Below are positions 16,626-25,815 of a stretch of 32,000 nucleotides of DNA, one piece after another; the stretch's first letter is position 1; each line of letters opens with the position of its first letter. Both the position numbers and the translations under genes were made by a program. The notes below the pieces were generated by a model. That model did no database searches. It saw nothing but the letters and a program-made list of their open reading frames with translations, and was not told the DNA's origin. Origin of the DNA: Pseudomonas aeruginosa (lineage in GTDB: Bacteria > Pseudomonadota > Gammaproteobacteria > Pseudomonadales > Pseudomonadaceae); the NCBI RefSeq assembly GCF_001457615.1, contig NZ_LN831024.1, positions 1,230,001-1,262,000 on the forward strand. Reading direction: 5' to 3'.

Positions 16626-17116
16626 GCCTGCGACCCTCCCTCGACGGTGGTGCTGGCCGGCTGCCGCGGCCAGGGCCCCTGGAGCAACAGCATGAGGGTC
16701 AGCAGGCCGAAGCCGAGCGGCAGGCTGAGCAACGGCCAGGTGCGGCTGATGCCCAGGCCGAGGCTGCGGAAGCGCCCGGCGTTCAGCGCGTAGCGGGTGC
16801 TGACCCAGGCGGCGAAGGCGAAGAAGGCCAGCGCCAGCAGCCACTGGTAGAGCCTGAGGGCCTGCGCCAGGCGCGGCGGCAGGCGTTGTTCCAACAGGTT
16901 GACGCGCATGTGCCCGCCTTCCATCCATACCGCGCCGAGCGCCAGCATTACTGCGCCGATGATGAGGTAGCGGGCCAGTTCGTCCATCCAGATCGGCGAG
17001 CTGCCGAGCAGGTAGCGGGCGAACACGCCGTAGATGAGCAGGACCAGGTCAAGCAGCAACAGCAGCGTGGCGAGGTTCAGCAACGCGGCGCGCATGCCCT
17101 TGAGCAATGACGGCAT
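16622..17116 (-). CDS. TRAP transporter small permease (DctQ family), 164 aa
   Basis: Start at MPSLLKGMRAALLNLATLLL (GGAG upstream). 4 TM spans. The stop overlaps the dctM-type start. Confidence 0.85.
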   Translation of the reverse strand: MPSLLKGMRAALLNLATLLLLLDLVLLIYGVFARYLLGSSPIWMDELARYLIIGAVMLALGAVWMEGGHMRVNLLEQRLPPRLAQALRLYQWLLALAFFAFAAWVSTRYALNAGRFRSLGLGISRTWPLLSLPLGFGLLTLMLLLQGPWPRQPASTTVEGGSQA

Positions 17117-17189
17117 GGGAGGCACTCCGGAAAGTCGGACAGGCGCGCCCGGCCGACGGCAGCGGCCGTCGGGGGGCAACGCGCGAAGG

Positions 17190-18230
17190 TCAGGGGGCGG
17201 TGGCGAGACCGGCGTCGCGGAAGGCCATCTCGGTCCAGCGCGGCTCGATGTCCTGGGTCTTCAGCCAGGCCAGGTAGGACGGCTGGCCTTTCTCGCGGAA
17301 GGCGGCGAGGTCATCGGCGGACGGCTGGATGATCTGCATGCCCTTTTCCTTGAGGAACGCGAGGTCGCGCTCCTGCTGGGCAGCGACCGCCTCGCGGTTC
17401 AGCCGGGTGGCTTCGGCGGCGGCGTCGAGCAGGGCCTGGCGCTCCTTTGCCGGGAGGCTGGCGAGCAGATCGCCGTTGGCCACCAGGAACTGGTCGGAGT
17501 ACTGGATGTTGGCCAGGGTCAGGTACTTCTGCACCTGGTAGAGGCTGCCGAGGATGATGTAGGAGGTCGGGTTCATCTGGCCGTCGGCGACGCCGGTGCG
17601 CAGGCCCATGTACAACTCGGTCCAGGGGATCGGCGTGCCGGAGGCGCCGAAGGCTTCGTAGAGCGCCACCTGGCTGGGATCCATGGCGCGGAAGCGCAGG
17701 CCCTGGAAGTCCGCCGGGCCGTGGATCGGCTTCTTGCCGTTGGTGAAGTTGAGGAAGCCGCCTTCCTCGACCACCGCCAGCAGCTCGGTGCCGGTGCGCT
17801 CGCGGAAGGCCTCGCGGGCGGCCTGCCAGTAGCTGCCGCTGTCGAAGAAGGCGTGGGCCGCGGCGGCGTCCTTGAACATGAAGGGCGTGGCGCTGACGTA
17901 GATCTCCGGGAACAGCGGGGCGATCCCGGCGAAGGAGGCGATGTTCAGGCCGGGGCCGGTCATCACCTGTTCCATGCGCTGCTCCTCTTCGCCGAGCATG
18001 CTGTTGGGGTAGAGCTTGAACTGCAGTTCGCCGCCGCTCTTTTCCTCGGCCAGGCGCTTGAGGTTGCTGGCGAACAGGTGCACCAGGTTCTTCTCGCTGT
18101 CGGCGGCGCCGTTATAGCTCAGGTTGAGGGTGGTGGCGGCCTGGGCGAGGCTGCCGCCCAGGCCCAGGGCGGCGGCCAGCAGTCCGGCGGCGAAGCGGCG
18201 GGCGAGGCCGTGGCGCGGATTCGTGTGCAT
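17190..18230 (-). CDS. TRAP transporter substrate-binding protein (DctP family), 346 aa
   Basis: AAGGA RBS and signal peptide ...LGLGGSLAQA. DctP-type sequence including FQGLRFRAMDPS (conserved Arg region). Confidence 0.88.
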   Translation of the reverse strand: MHTNPRHGLARRFAAGLLAAALGLGGSLAQAATTLNLSYNGAADSEKNLVHLFASNLKRLAEEKSGGELQFKLYPNSMLGEEEQRMEQVMTGPGLNIASFAGIAPLFPEIYVSATPFMFKDAAAAHAFFDSGSYWQAAREAFRERTGTELLAVVEEGGFLNFTNGKKPIHGPADFQGLRFRAMDPSQVALYEAFGASGTPIPWTELYMGLRTGVADGQMNPTSYIILGSLYQVQKYLTLANIQYSDQFLVANGDLLASLPAKERQALLDAAAEATRLNREAVAAQQERDLAFLKEKGMQIIQPSADDLAAFREKGQPSYLAWLKTQDIEPRWTEMAFRDAGLATAP

Positions 18231-18381
18231 GTTGTTTTCCTTATGGCAGTCCGAACGGTCGGGGGATCGGCGGCACTTCTTGTCGGGGCGCGGGGCCGGG
18301 TGCTCGCACGAAAGCGAAGCAACGCTAGCCGTTGTCTCGTTGACTATTCAAGTCCGGACGTGATGCGAAAAAGACAACGCC

Positions 18382-19317
18382 TCAGCGCTGCGAGAGCCCG
18401 GGCGCGTCGCCACTGAAGAAGCGCATGCCGCGGCGCAGGTGTTCCAGGCAGGCGATCGCCGCCACGGTCAGCTCGCGGCCCTTGTGGCTGACGATCCGCG
18501 CGCGGGCGTCGCGCAGCGCCGGGTGGGCCAGCGGCAGGCAACGGATATGCCCGGCCTCGATCTCGTGGCTGACCGTCAACTCCGGCATGAAGGCCACGCC
18601 GATGCCGGACTTGACGAAATTGGTCAGCACCGCCACCGAGTTGGTGCGCAGCTTCGGCCTTAGCTCGATGCGCTCCAGTTGGGCGGCGATCACCGCCAGT
18701 TGGCCCATGCCGGTGCTGTTGTGGATCAACGCCAGCGACTCGTTGCGCAGCGCGCGCATCGGCACCGCGCCGCGGTGTCCGGCGAGGGCATGGTTGGCGG
18801 GGATGATCAGGTCGAGGGGCTGGCGGGTGTCGACGTGCACGTCCAGTTCGCCGTCCTCGACCGGGGCGTAGACCAGGGCCAGGTCGACGGCGTCTTCCTT
18901 GACCAGCGCCACGCCTTCGTTGGCCCCGGCCATGCGGACCTCCAGCTCGATGCCGGGGTAGCGCAGGATGAAACTCTGCAATGGCTGGGAGATCAGGTCG
19001 GCGATGAAGCCCTCGCCGACCGCCAGGCGCACCTTGCCCTGGCGCAGCCCCTGCAGGGCCGACAGACGCGACAGCACGCCCTCTTCGTTGGCCCGTTGCT
19101 GGCGGTAGTGCGCCACCAGCAGCTCGCCGGCCTCGGTAGGCGCCACGCCTTGCGGGGTGCGTTGCAGGAGGCGCACGCCGAGATGTTCCTCCAGGCTGGC
19201 GAGCTGCCGGCTGATGGCCGAGGGGTCGATGTTCAGGTGCTGGGCGGCGCGGCGAAGAGAACCGTGGTGGATCACCTCGTTGAGGTAGGCCAGGGCGCGC
19301 TGGCTGAGGCGGATCAT
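18382..19317 (-). CDS. LysR-family transcriptional regulator (311 aa)
   Basis: N-terminal HTH LAYLNEVIHHGSLRRAAQHLNIDPSAISRQLASLEEHLGVRLLQR. The start lies 6 nt after the xseA stop. Confidence 0.9.
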   Translation of the reverse strand: MIRLSQRALAYLNEVIHHGSLRRAAQHLNIDPSAISRQLASLEEHLGVRLLQRTPQGVAPTEAGELLVAHYRQQRANEEGVLSRLSALQGLRQGKVRLAVGEGFIADLISQPLQSFILRYPGIELEVRMAGANEGVALVKEDAVDLALVYAPVEDGELDVHVDTRQPLDLIIPANHALAGHRGAVPMRALRNESLALIHNSTGMGQLAVIAAQLERIELRPKLRTNSVAVLTNFVKSGIGVAFMPELTVSHEIEAGHIRCLPLAHPALRDARARIVSHKGRELTVAAIACLEHLRRGMRFFSGDAPGLSQR

Positions 19318-19323
19318 CGCGGC

Positions 19324-20703
19324 TCAGTCCAGCAGCGACAGGGTCACCGGCGTCCGGTGGTTGTCCTCGACCCGCACCTCCAGTTCGCCTTCCGCCAGGC
19401 GCGCCTTCAGGCGCTGTCCCGGCTGGGTCTGGCCGGCATCGCGGATCGCCCGGCCACGCTCGTCGAGGAGGATGCTGTAGCCGCGGCCCAGGGTCGCCAG
19501 CGGGCTGACCACGTTGAGCGTCTGCGCCAGTCCTTCGAGGCGCTGACGACGATCCTTCAGTACCTCACGGGCGGCGCGCGGCAGGCGCGCGGCGAGGCTG
19601 TCGAGCTTCTGCCGGAGCAGCGCCAGGGTGCGGCCCGGATGCTGTGCGGCGAGACGTGTCTCCAGGCGGACCAGGCGTTCGTGGCGGACCGCCAGCTGGC
19701 GCTCGAAGGCACGGCGCAGGCGCATGTCCAGGTCGTCCAGGCGCTGCGCCTGCTGGCGCAGGCGTTCGCCGGGATGGCGCAGGCGGCGGGCGACGCCTTC
19801 CAGGCGCAGGCGTTCGCGCAGCAACTGGTCGCGCATGCGCAGCACCAGGCGCCGGCGCAGGCCGTCGAGACGCTGCTGCAGGTCGCCGGCGTTGGGCGCC
19901 AGCAGTTCGGCGGCGGCCGAAGGCGTCGGCGCGCGCACGTCGGCGACGAAGTCGCTGATCGATACGTCGGTCTCGTGGCCGACCGCGCTGACGATTGGCG
20001 TGGCGCAGGCCGCCACGGCGCGCGCCACCGCTTCTTCGTTGAAGCACCAGAGGTCTTCCAGGGAACCGCCGCCACGGGCCAGGATCAGCGCGTCGAAGCC
20101 TTGCCGGTCGGCCAGTTGCAGCGCGCGGACGATCTGTGCGACGGCCTCGCGGCCCTGCACTGCGGTGGGCACCAGGGTCAGCTCGACCTGCGGTGCGCGG
20201 CGGCGAAACACGCTGATGATGTCGCGGATCACCGCCCCGCTGGGCGAACTGACGATACCGATGCGGCGCGGATGGGCGGGCAGCGGACGCTTGCGTTCGC
20301 TGGCGAACAGGCCTTCGCCGGCGAGTTTTTCCTTCAATGCCTCGAAGGCCAGGCGCAGGGCGCCGTCGCCGGCCGGCTCGACGGTATCGGCGATCAACTG
20401 GTAGTCGCCGCGTCCCTCGAACAGCGAGATCTTCCCGCGCACCTTTACCGCCAGCCCGTCGCGCAAGGCCTGGCGTACGCGCAGGGCGTTCTGCCGGAAC
20501 AGCGCGCAGCGGATCTGCGCGTTGCTGTCCTTGAGGGTGAAGTAGACATGGCCGGAGGCCGGCCGGGCGAGGTTGGACAGCTCGCCCTCGACCCAGACCT
20601 GCGGGAACACGTCTTCCAGCAGCAGGCGGGCGCGCTGGTTCAGTTGGCTGACGGTCAGCACCTCGCGATCGAGGCCGAGCCGTTGGAAGGGATCGTTACG
20701 CAT
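19324..20703 (-). CDS. xseA: Exodeoxyribonuclease VII large subunit (459 aa)
   Basis: Start at MRNDPFQRLG. VSQLNQRARLLLEDVFPQVWVEGELSNLARPASGHVYFTLKD (OB-fold N-terminus), catalytic core and coiled-coil C-terminus. In-frame upstream ATGs at 20712 and 20727 are possible alternatives. Confidence 0.92.
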   Translation of the reverse strand: MRNDPFQRLGLDREVLTVSQLNQRARLLLEDVFPQVWVEGELSNLARPASGHVYFTLKDSNAQIRCALFRQNALRVRQALRDGLAVKVRGKISLFEGRGDYQLIADTVEPAGDGALRLAFEALKEKLAGEGLFASERKRPLPAHPRRIGIVSSPSGAVIRDIISVFRRRAPQVELTLVPTAVQGREAVAQIVRALQLADRQGFDALILARGGGSLEDLWCFNEEAVARAVAACATPIVSAVGHETDVSISDFVADVRAPTPSAAAELLAPNAGDLQQRLDGLRRRLVLRMRDQLLRERLRLEGVARRLRHPGERLRQQAQRLDDLDMRLRRAFERQLAVRHERLVRLETRLAAQHPGRTLALLRQKLDSLAARLPRAAREVLKDRRQRLEGLAQTLNVVSPLATLGRGYSILLDERGRAIRDAGQTQPGQRLKARLAEGELEVRVEDNHRTPVTLSLLD

Positions 20704-20739
20704 GGGCGGCATGATAAGGCGGCGCACCGGGATGTGCGA

Positions 20740-21648
20740 TCAATCCTTGGCTTCGTTCGGCAGATTCTCCAGGAAATATTCGACGAAGCCTTCCACCAGG
20801 GGGCTATCGTCGCGTCGCCAGGCCAGCGCCACCTCGCTGTATGCCTCGGCCTCGGCCAGAGACATGAAGCGCACGGCGGGCGGTGCGATGGCGCGCATCG
20901 AGGCGGGCACCAGGGCGACGCCGAAGCCGGCCTCGATCAGTTGCAACTGGCTGGTCTTGCGCGACAGCGCGCGCGCCGGGCGTGGGTAGAAACCGGCGCC
21001 GAGGCAGAGTTCGGCGGCGCGATAGCTGAGGCCGCCGCGTTGCAGGTGGGGAATGGAGACGAAGGTTTCTCCGGCCAGGGCGGCCAGGGCCACGGGGGCT
21101 TCACGGCGGGCCAGCGGATGGTCGGCGGCGAGAGCCAGGAGCAACGGCTCGCGGTACAGGGCGCGGAGGTGCAGCCGGGGATGCTGGCGCAGCACCGGCA
21201 GGCGCAGCAGGCCAAGGTCCAGGCGTCCTTCGGCGAGATCGGCGAGTTGCTGCTCGGAGGATTGCTGGGTCAGTTCCAGGCGGACGCCGCTCTGCACCGC
21301 GAGGTAGCCGCGCAGCGCCGCTTGCAGGCCGCCCACCAGCGGCACCGAGCTGGAGTGCCCCAGGCGCAGCAGGCCATGGCCGCCTTCGCCGACCTCGCGA
21401 GCCAGGCGCCGGGCGGCCTCCAGGTCGCCGAGCAGGCGCTGCGCGCGTGGCAGGAAGGCGCGACCGGCCGGCGTCAGCTCGACCCGGCGCGGACCGCGGC
21501 GGAGCAGTGGGGTGCCGATGCTGTCCTCCAGTTCGCGCACCTGCCGGCTGAGCGCCGACTGGGCGACGAACAGGCGTTCGGCGGCACGGCTGAAGCCGCC
21601 GGACTCGACGATTTCGACGAAGTAATGGAGTTGCCGCAAAGAGATCAT
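20740..21648 (-). CDS. LysR-family transcriptional regulator (302 aa)
   Basis: MISLRQLHYFVEIVESGGFSRAAERLFVAQSALSRQVRELE. Alternative ATG at 21663. Divergent from the TauE-family gene. Confidence 0.88.
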   Translation of the reverse strand: MISLRQLHYFVEIVESGGFSRAAERLFVAQSALSRQVRELEDSIGTPLLRRGPRRVELTPAGRAFLPRAQRLLGDLEAARRLAREVGEGGHGLLRLGHSSSVPLVGGLQAALRGYLAVQSGVRLELTQQSSEQQLADLAEGRLDLGLLRLPVLRQHPRLHLRALYREPLLLALAADHPLARREAPVALAALAGETFVSIPHLQRGGLSYRAAELCLGAGFYPRPARALSRKTSQLQLIEAGFGVALVPASMRAIAPPAVRFMSLAEAEAYSEVALAWRRDDSPLVEGFVEYFLENLPNEAKD

Positions 21649-21755
21649 CGGAAGATTCCCCATGCCTTTTCGAGATGGCTACAGGGCTCGGATTGTATTG
21701 GCTGGCGCGCCGTTGCGCTCGCTAGAGTGCGCAGGTCGTCGTTCCGGGAGTCGCC

Positions 21756-22538
21756 ATGTCCTCGCTCGATCCGTCAGTCCTGTTCGCCGCCCTGCCGTTC
21801 AGCCTATGGCAATGGCTGCTGGTCGAACTGGCCATCGTCCTCGCCTATGTGGTGTTCGGCATCGCCGGCTTCGGCACCGCGCTGGTCGCCGGCCCGTTGC
21901 TGGCCGGGGTGCTGCCGCTGTCGCAGATCATTCCGCTGCTGGTCCTGCTGGATTTCAGCGCGTCGTTCGGCAACTGGCTGCCGGCGCGGCGGCAGATCGC
22001 CATCACTGAGCTCAAGCGTCTGCTGCCCTGCATGTTGCTGGGCTGTGCGCTGGGGGCGTACGGACTTCTGGCGCTACGCGCGGAGCTGCTGATGCTGGCC
22101 CTCGGCGTGTTCGTCAGTCTCTATGCGCTCTACGCGCTGTTCCTCCAGCCACGCGGCCAGCCGCGCTGGCGGGCGACCTGGGCGTTGCCCTTCGGTGTCT
22201 TCGGCGGGCTGTTCGGCGCGTTGTTCGGCAGCGGCGGCTTCCTTTATTCGCTGTACCTGAACGGACGCCTGGCGAGCAAGGAGCAGATGCGCGCCACCCA
22301 GAGCGCGCTGATCGGTTGTAGCACCTTCGTCCGCCTGGGGCTGTTCCTGCTCGGCGGGCTGTATGCCGCGCGCGAGCCCTGGCTGCTCGCCGCCTGCCTG
22401 CTGCCGGGCATGGCGCTGGGCCTGTGGATCGGCCGTCGGGTGACCCTGCGTCTGTCGCGTGAAGCCTTCGTCCGCCTGGTCACCTGGCTGGTGCTGTGCA
22501 GCGGCCTGGCGCTGGTCGGGCGCTACCTGGCCGCTTGA
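21756..22538 (+). CDS. TauE/SafE-family anion (sulfite-type) exporter, 260 aa
   Basis: About 8 TM spans and Gly-rich FGGLFGALFGSGGF segments typical of the family. Divergent LysR partner. Confidence 0.75.
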   Translation: MSSLDPSVLFAALPFSLWQWLLVELAIVLAYVVFGIAGFGTALVAGPLLAGVLPLSQIIPLLVLLDFSASFGNWLPARRQIAITELKRLLPCMLLGCALGAYGLLALRAELLMLALGVFVSLYALYALFLQPRGQPRWRATWALPFGVFGGLFGALFGSGGFLYSLYLNGRLASKEQMRATQSALIGCSTFVRLGLFLLGGLYAAREPWLLAACLLPGMALGLWIGRRVTLRLSREAFVRLVTWLVLCSGLALVGRYLAA

Positions 22539-23665
22539 AGCGGCTGCGCCGGGCACAGGCCGAACTGTGCGGCCAGCTCTTCGAGGCGCTGGCGCTGGAA
22601 GTCGCGGAACGCCGCGTTGGGCTGCTGCAACTCGATGAAGTCGCGCAGCGGGTCGCGCACCGCGCTGCGCACGCCGCTGAGTTCTTCGATCACAGCCAAG
22701 CCGCAGAACGGCACGTAGGCTTCCGAGTAGCCGCCTTCGTGGACCACCACCAGGCGTCCGCCGGCATGCCGCTCGGCCGCGTCGCGGACCATCGCGGTCA
22801 TCGCCCGGAAGCTGTCGCTGTGCAGTTGCATGCGTGCCAGCGGGTCCACCGCGTTGGCGTCGAAGCCACTGGCGACCACGATCAATTGCGGGCGGAAGCG
22901 CTCCAGCGCCGGCAACACGATGCGTTGCATGGCCTGCATGTAGGCGTCGTGACCGCCGCCGGGAAGCAGCGGCACGTTGAGGTTGAAGCCACGACCGCGA
23001 TCCTCGCCGATGTCTTCGGCGCCGCTGTAGCCAGGCGGGAAGCAGCCGTCCTGGTGCAGGGAAATGCTCAACACGTCGTCGCGCCGGTAGTAGATCGCCT
23101 GGGTGCCGTTGCCGTGGTGCACGTCCCAGTCCAGCACCGCGACCCGCTCGACGCCGTGGCGCGCCTTGGCCGCCTCGATGGCCACGGCGATGTTGGCGAA
23201 GAAACAGAAGCCCATCGCCTGGTCCGGCAGGCAGTGGTGACCCGGCGGCCGCGACAGCGAGTAGGCGTTGTCCGCCTCGCCGGCGAGCACCGCGTCCAGC
23301 GCGGCGATGGCCAGGCCGGCGGAGAGCCGGGCGATCTCGTAGCTGCCCGGGCCGATCGGCGCGTCCTGGCCGAGGCTGCCGCCGCCGGCGTCGCTCAACG
23401 CCTTGAAGCGTTCCAGATAGTGCGCCGGATGCACGCGCAGCAGGTCCTCGTCGCTCGCCGGCGGTGCGCTGCGCAGTTGCAGGCGGGCGGTCAGGCCGGA
23501 CACGTCGAGCAGGCTTTTCAGCCGGCGCTTGGTTTCCGGTGATTCGGCGTGTCCGGCGGCGGCAGGCGGTTGCACCCAGCCGCCGACCGGCAGGGTCAGC
23601 GCGTGCGGGCCGGCGGCGTGCCAGAGGCAGAGTTCGTCGAAGAAGAAAGCGGTACGTCGGGTCAT
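22523..23665 (-). CDS. Histone-deacetylase-like amidohydrolase (HDAH / acetylpolyamine aminohydrolase family), 380 aa
   Basis: Start at MTRRTAFFFDELCLWH. Motifs SRPPGHH, DWDVHHGNGTQ, SGFDA, EGGY. The 728-aa track ORF is an N-terminal artefact overlapping the MFS gene. Confidence 0.92.
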   Translation of the reverse strand: MTRRTAFFFDELCLWHAAGPHALTLPVGGWVQPPAAAGHAESPETKRRLKSLLDVSGLTARLQLRSAPPASDEDLLRVHPAHYLERFKALSDAGGGSLGQDAPIGPGSYEIARLSAGLAIAALDAVLAGEADNAYSLSRPPGHHCLPDQAMGFCFFANIAVAIEAAKARHGVERVAVLDWDVHHGNGTQAIYYRRDDVLSISLHQDGCFPPGYSGAEDIGEDRGRGFNLNVPLLPGGGHDAYMQAMQRIVLPALERFRPQLIVVASGFDANAVDPLARMQLHSDSFRAMTAMVRDAAERHAGGRLVVVHEGGYSEAYVPFCGLAVIEELSGVRSAVRDPLRDFIELQQPNAAFRDFQRQRLEELAAQFGLCPAQPLQAAR

Positions 23666-23694
23666 GGCGGGTATCCGTGGTTCGGGAAAGGGTT

Positions 23695-24852
23695 TCAGCG
23701 TGGCCGGCAGGCCAGGGCCAGCAGCAGCGAGAGGGCGGCCAGGCCGGCGGCGATCGGCAGCAGCGGGAGGAAACCGCCGCTGCCTTCGATGAGTCGTCCT
23801 GCCAGCGCCGGGCCGATGGCCAGCCCGCCGCCGATGACCAGGTTGGAGGCGTTCATCAGGCGGCCGGAGCGGTCCAGGTCGGCGAGGCAGGCGAGGATGA
23901 ACGGCAGGGCGAAGGTCCAGGTGAACTTGAACAGCAGCGCGGCCAGGGCGAAGCGCGCCAGCGGCGGCTGGCCGATCAGCAGGAGGATCGCCGCGGCCAT
24001 CGCCAGGTAGCCGCCGAGCAGCATCAGGTCGCGCGGCAGGCGGTTGCCGATGAAGGAGGCGCAGGCCGCCCCCGCGATGCCCATCAGGGTGGCGCCGGCG
24101 AGTACCTCGCCGCTGGCGCCGGCACCGATCCCCGCGCCTTCGGCGATGGCGCCGATGAAGGTCCAGACGCCGCTGAGGCTGATATAGAAGGTGAGCACGG
24201 CGAGGATACCCAGCCCGACCCGCAGTCGCGAGTGAACCGCGCCGGTACTGGCGCGGGCTTCCGCTGGCGGGCTGCCACTGGGGAAGGCCCGCGACAACGG
24301 TAGGGCGAGGCCCATCAGGCCGGCCAGCAAGAGGTAGCAGGCGGCCAGGCCGAAGCGTTCGAACAGCGCCGGCAGCAGTGCCAGGCCGACGGCGCCGACC
24401 ACCAGTTGGCCCATCACCCAGAGCCCGTAGACCCGGCTCGGGGTGGCGGTGCTGGCGGCGCTGGACAGGCAGAGGATCATCAGCGAGCCGCCGGCGAGGG
24501 CGCTGCAGAAACGCAGGGCGAGCAGCAGCGGGTAGCTGCCGGCCAGCGCCGAGGCCAGGTTGGCGGCGATGAACAGCAGGCCGGCGAGCAGCGCCGCGTG
24601 GCGCCAATCGACGCGTTTCAGCCAATGGAAGGCCGGCAGCGTCGCCAGGCTCATGGCGCCCAGCTCCACCGAAAACAGGTCGCCGACCCGCGCCGGGCTC
24701 AGTTGCCACTGGGTCGCCAGTTGCGCGGCGACGGCGGGGGCGGTCATCAGGATGGTCGGGGTGATCGCGGCGAACACCACGATTGCCGCGAGCAGCGCGA
24801 GGTTGCCAGACGCCGGAGAGGCGCTGGCGAGAGTCTTGTCGGAAGCGCTCAT
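23695..24852 (-). CDS. MFS transporter (385 aa)
   Basis: About 12 TM spans. The GGAGG RBS overlaps the stop of the upstream OMP gene (TGAGGAGG). Confidence 0.85.
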   Translation of the reverse strand: MSASDKTLASASPASGNLALLAAIVVFAAITPTILMTAPAVAAQLATQWQLSPARVGDLFSVELGAMSLATLPAFHWLKRVDWRHAALLAGLLFIAANLASALAGSYPLLLALRFCSALAGGSLMILCLSSAASTATPSRVYGLWVMGQLVVGAVGLALLPALFERFGLAACYLLLAGLMGLALPLSRAFPSGSPPAEARASTGAVHSRLRVGLGILAVLTFYISLSGVWTFIGAIAEGAGIGAGASGEVLAGATLMGIAGAACASFIGNRLPRDLMLLGGYLAMAAAILLLIGQPPLARFALAALLFKFTWTFALPFILACLADLDRSGRLMNASNLVIGGGLAIGPALAGRLIEGSGGFLPLLPIAAGLAALSLLLALACRPR

Positions 24853-24864
24853 GGCTGCGCCTCC

Positions 24865-25761
24865 TCAGAACACATGGACCAGGCGCAACAGGGCCTGGCT
24901 GCCATGGAAAGCATTGTCGGTGGCGACGTTGCGCGAGAGACCGAACATCAGGCTGTTGCGCCGGTCTAGCCAGTGGCCTAGCTCGAAGCCGAGTTGGGTG
25001 TAGCGCTGGTGGGTGTCGTCGAGGGTATGGCCCTGCAGCTTCAGTTCGCCGCCATCGGCGTGCACCAGCTTGAGGGCGCCGTAGGTGCTCTGGCTGAAGT
25101 CGTAGGAGGCGAAGGCTTGCAGGCGATAGAGCGGTTTCTGTTCCAGGTCGCTGCCGAAGTAGTCGTCGTTCTTCGCGTAGAACTGCGCTTCCAGGTTGGC
25201 TTCCAGCACCCAGTCGCGGCCGATGCCCTGGGTGTAGTTGTAGACGAAGGTGGCGCCCCAGCGGTTGGCGCCGGGCGAGACATCGGGGTTCTTCGCGTGG
25301 TACTCGCCCAGCGGCAGGGTGATCAGGGTCAGCAGGCCGCTGTAGCGGCGCCGTTCCGGGTCGTTGACGAAAAACAGGGTGCCGCCGACCTGGGGATCGC
25401 CGAAACCGGTCTCGCCGGTATGCCCGACGCTGCCGGGCAGGCGCGCATCGATGTCGACGAAGGGAATGATGAACTGCGGCGTGCAGAGAGTGCCGCAGAT
25501 GTCGCTGAAGAACACCTGGCGGTAGGCCACCGCGTTGGTCTTCAGTTCGGCCTTGCCGTTGCGATCGGCCGGCCCGTGGAACTCATGGGCGCGGGTCGCC
25601 GGCAGGTAGAGTACGCCGAGCGTGGTGCCCGCCGGGGCGCCGAAGAAGTCGCGGGCGTTGAGGTCGGCGGCGCCGGCCTCGGCGCCCAGCAGGAGCTGGA
25701 TGCCGAACAGCGCGAGGGCGCTGGCGGTCGGTGCGGCCATCGAGGCGGTGCGGTGGGTCAT
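24865..25761 (-). CDS. Outer-membrane beta-barrel channel, MetA-pathway/phenol-degradation-like transporter family (298 aa)
   Basis: Start at MTHRTASMAAPTASALALFGIQLLLGAEAGA (signal peptide). Alternating beta-strand pattern and C-terminal ...LLRLVHVF. Family name from memory. Confidence 0.75.
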   Translation of the reverse strand: MTHRTASMAAPTASALALFGIQLLLGAEAGAADLNARDFFGAPAGTTLGVLYLPATRAHEFHGPADRNGKAELKTNAVAYRQVFFSDICGTLCTPQFIIPFVDIDARLPGSVGHTGETGFGDPQVGGTLFFVNDPERRRYSGLLTLITLPLGEYHAKNPDVSPGANRWGATFVYNYTQGIGRDWVLEANLEAQFYAKNDDYFGSDLEQKPLYRLQAFASYDFSQSTYGALKLVHADGGELKLQGHTLDDTHQRYTQLGFELGHWLDRRNSLMFGLSRNVATDNAFHGSQALLRLVHVF

Positions 25762-25815
25762 GTGTCGGTCTCCCCGGTCGTTGTGTGCCCGGCGTTCGTC
25801 GCGCCGGTGGTGGTT

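Noticed and set aside
15255-16793. 512-aa plus-strand ORF, very His/Asp/Gln/Arg rich
   Set aside because: Antisense to the DctM-type permease. Its composition mirrors the complement of hydrophobic codons and is not a real protein signature.
18370-18379. 10-nt identity AAAGACAACG shared with the guaA terminator (30291-30300)
   Set aside because: Too short to be meaningful. Each copy is explained by its own local inverted repeat, and no extended similarity flanks them.
18679-22092. 1137-aa plus-strand ORF, the longest in the track
   Set aside because: It lies antisense to three well-supported minus-strand genes (LysR, xseA, LysR). Its product is an Ala/Gly/Arg/Gln low-complexity string with no motifs. 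This is the typical stop-codon-poor antisense frame of a high-GC genome.
22523-24709. 728-aa minus-strand ORF, plus similar N-terminal extensions at 24865..26283, 25896..27137, 15345..16928, 10199..11146 and 3317..5095
   Set aside because: In each case the recognisable protein begins at an internal ATG with an RBS or signal peptide. The extension overlaps the upstream gene in another frame and is Arg/Pro-rich.
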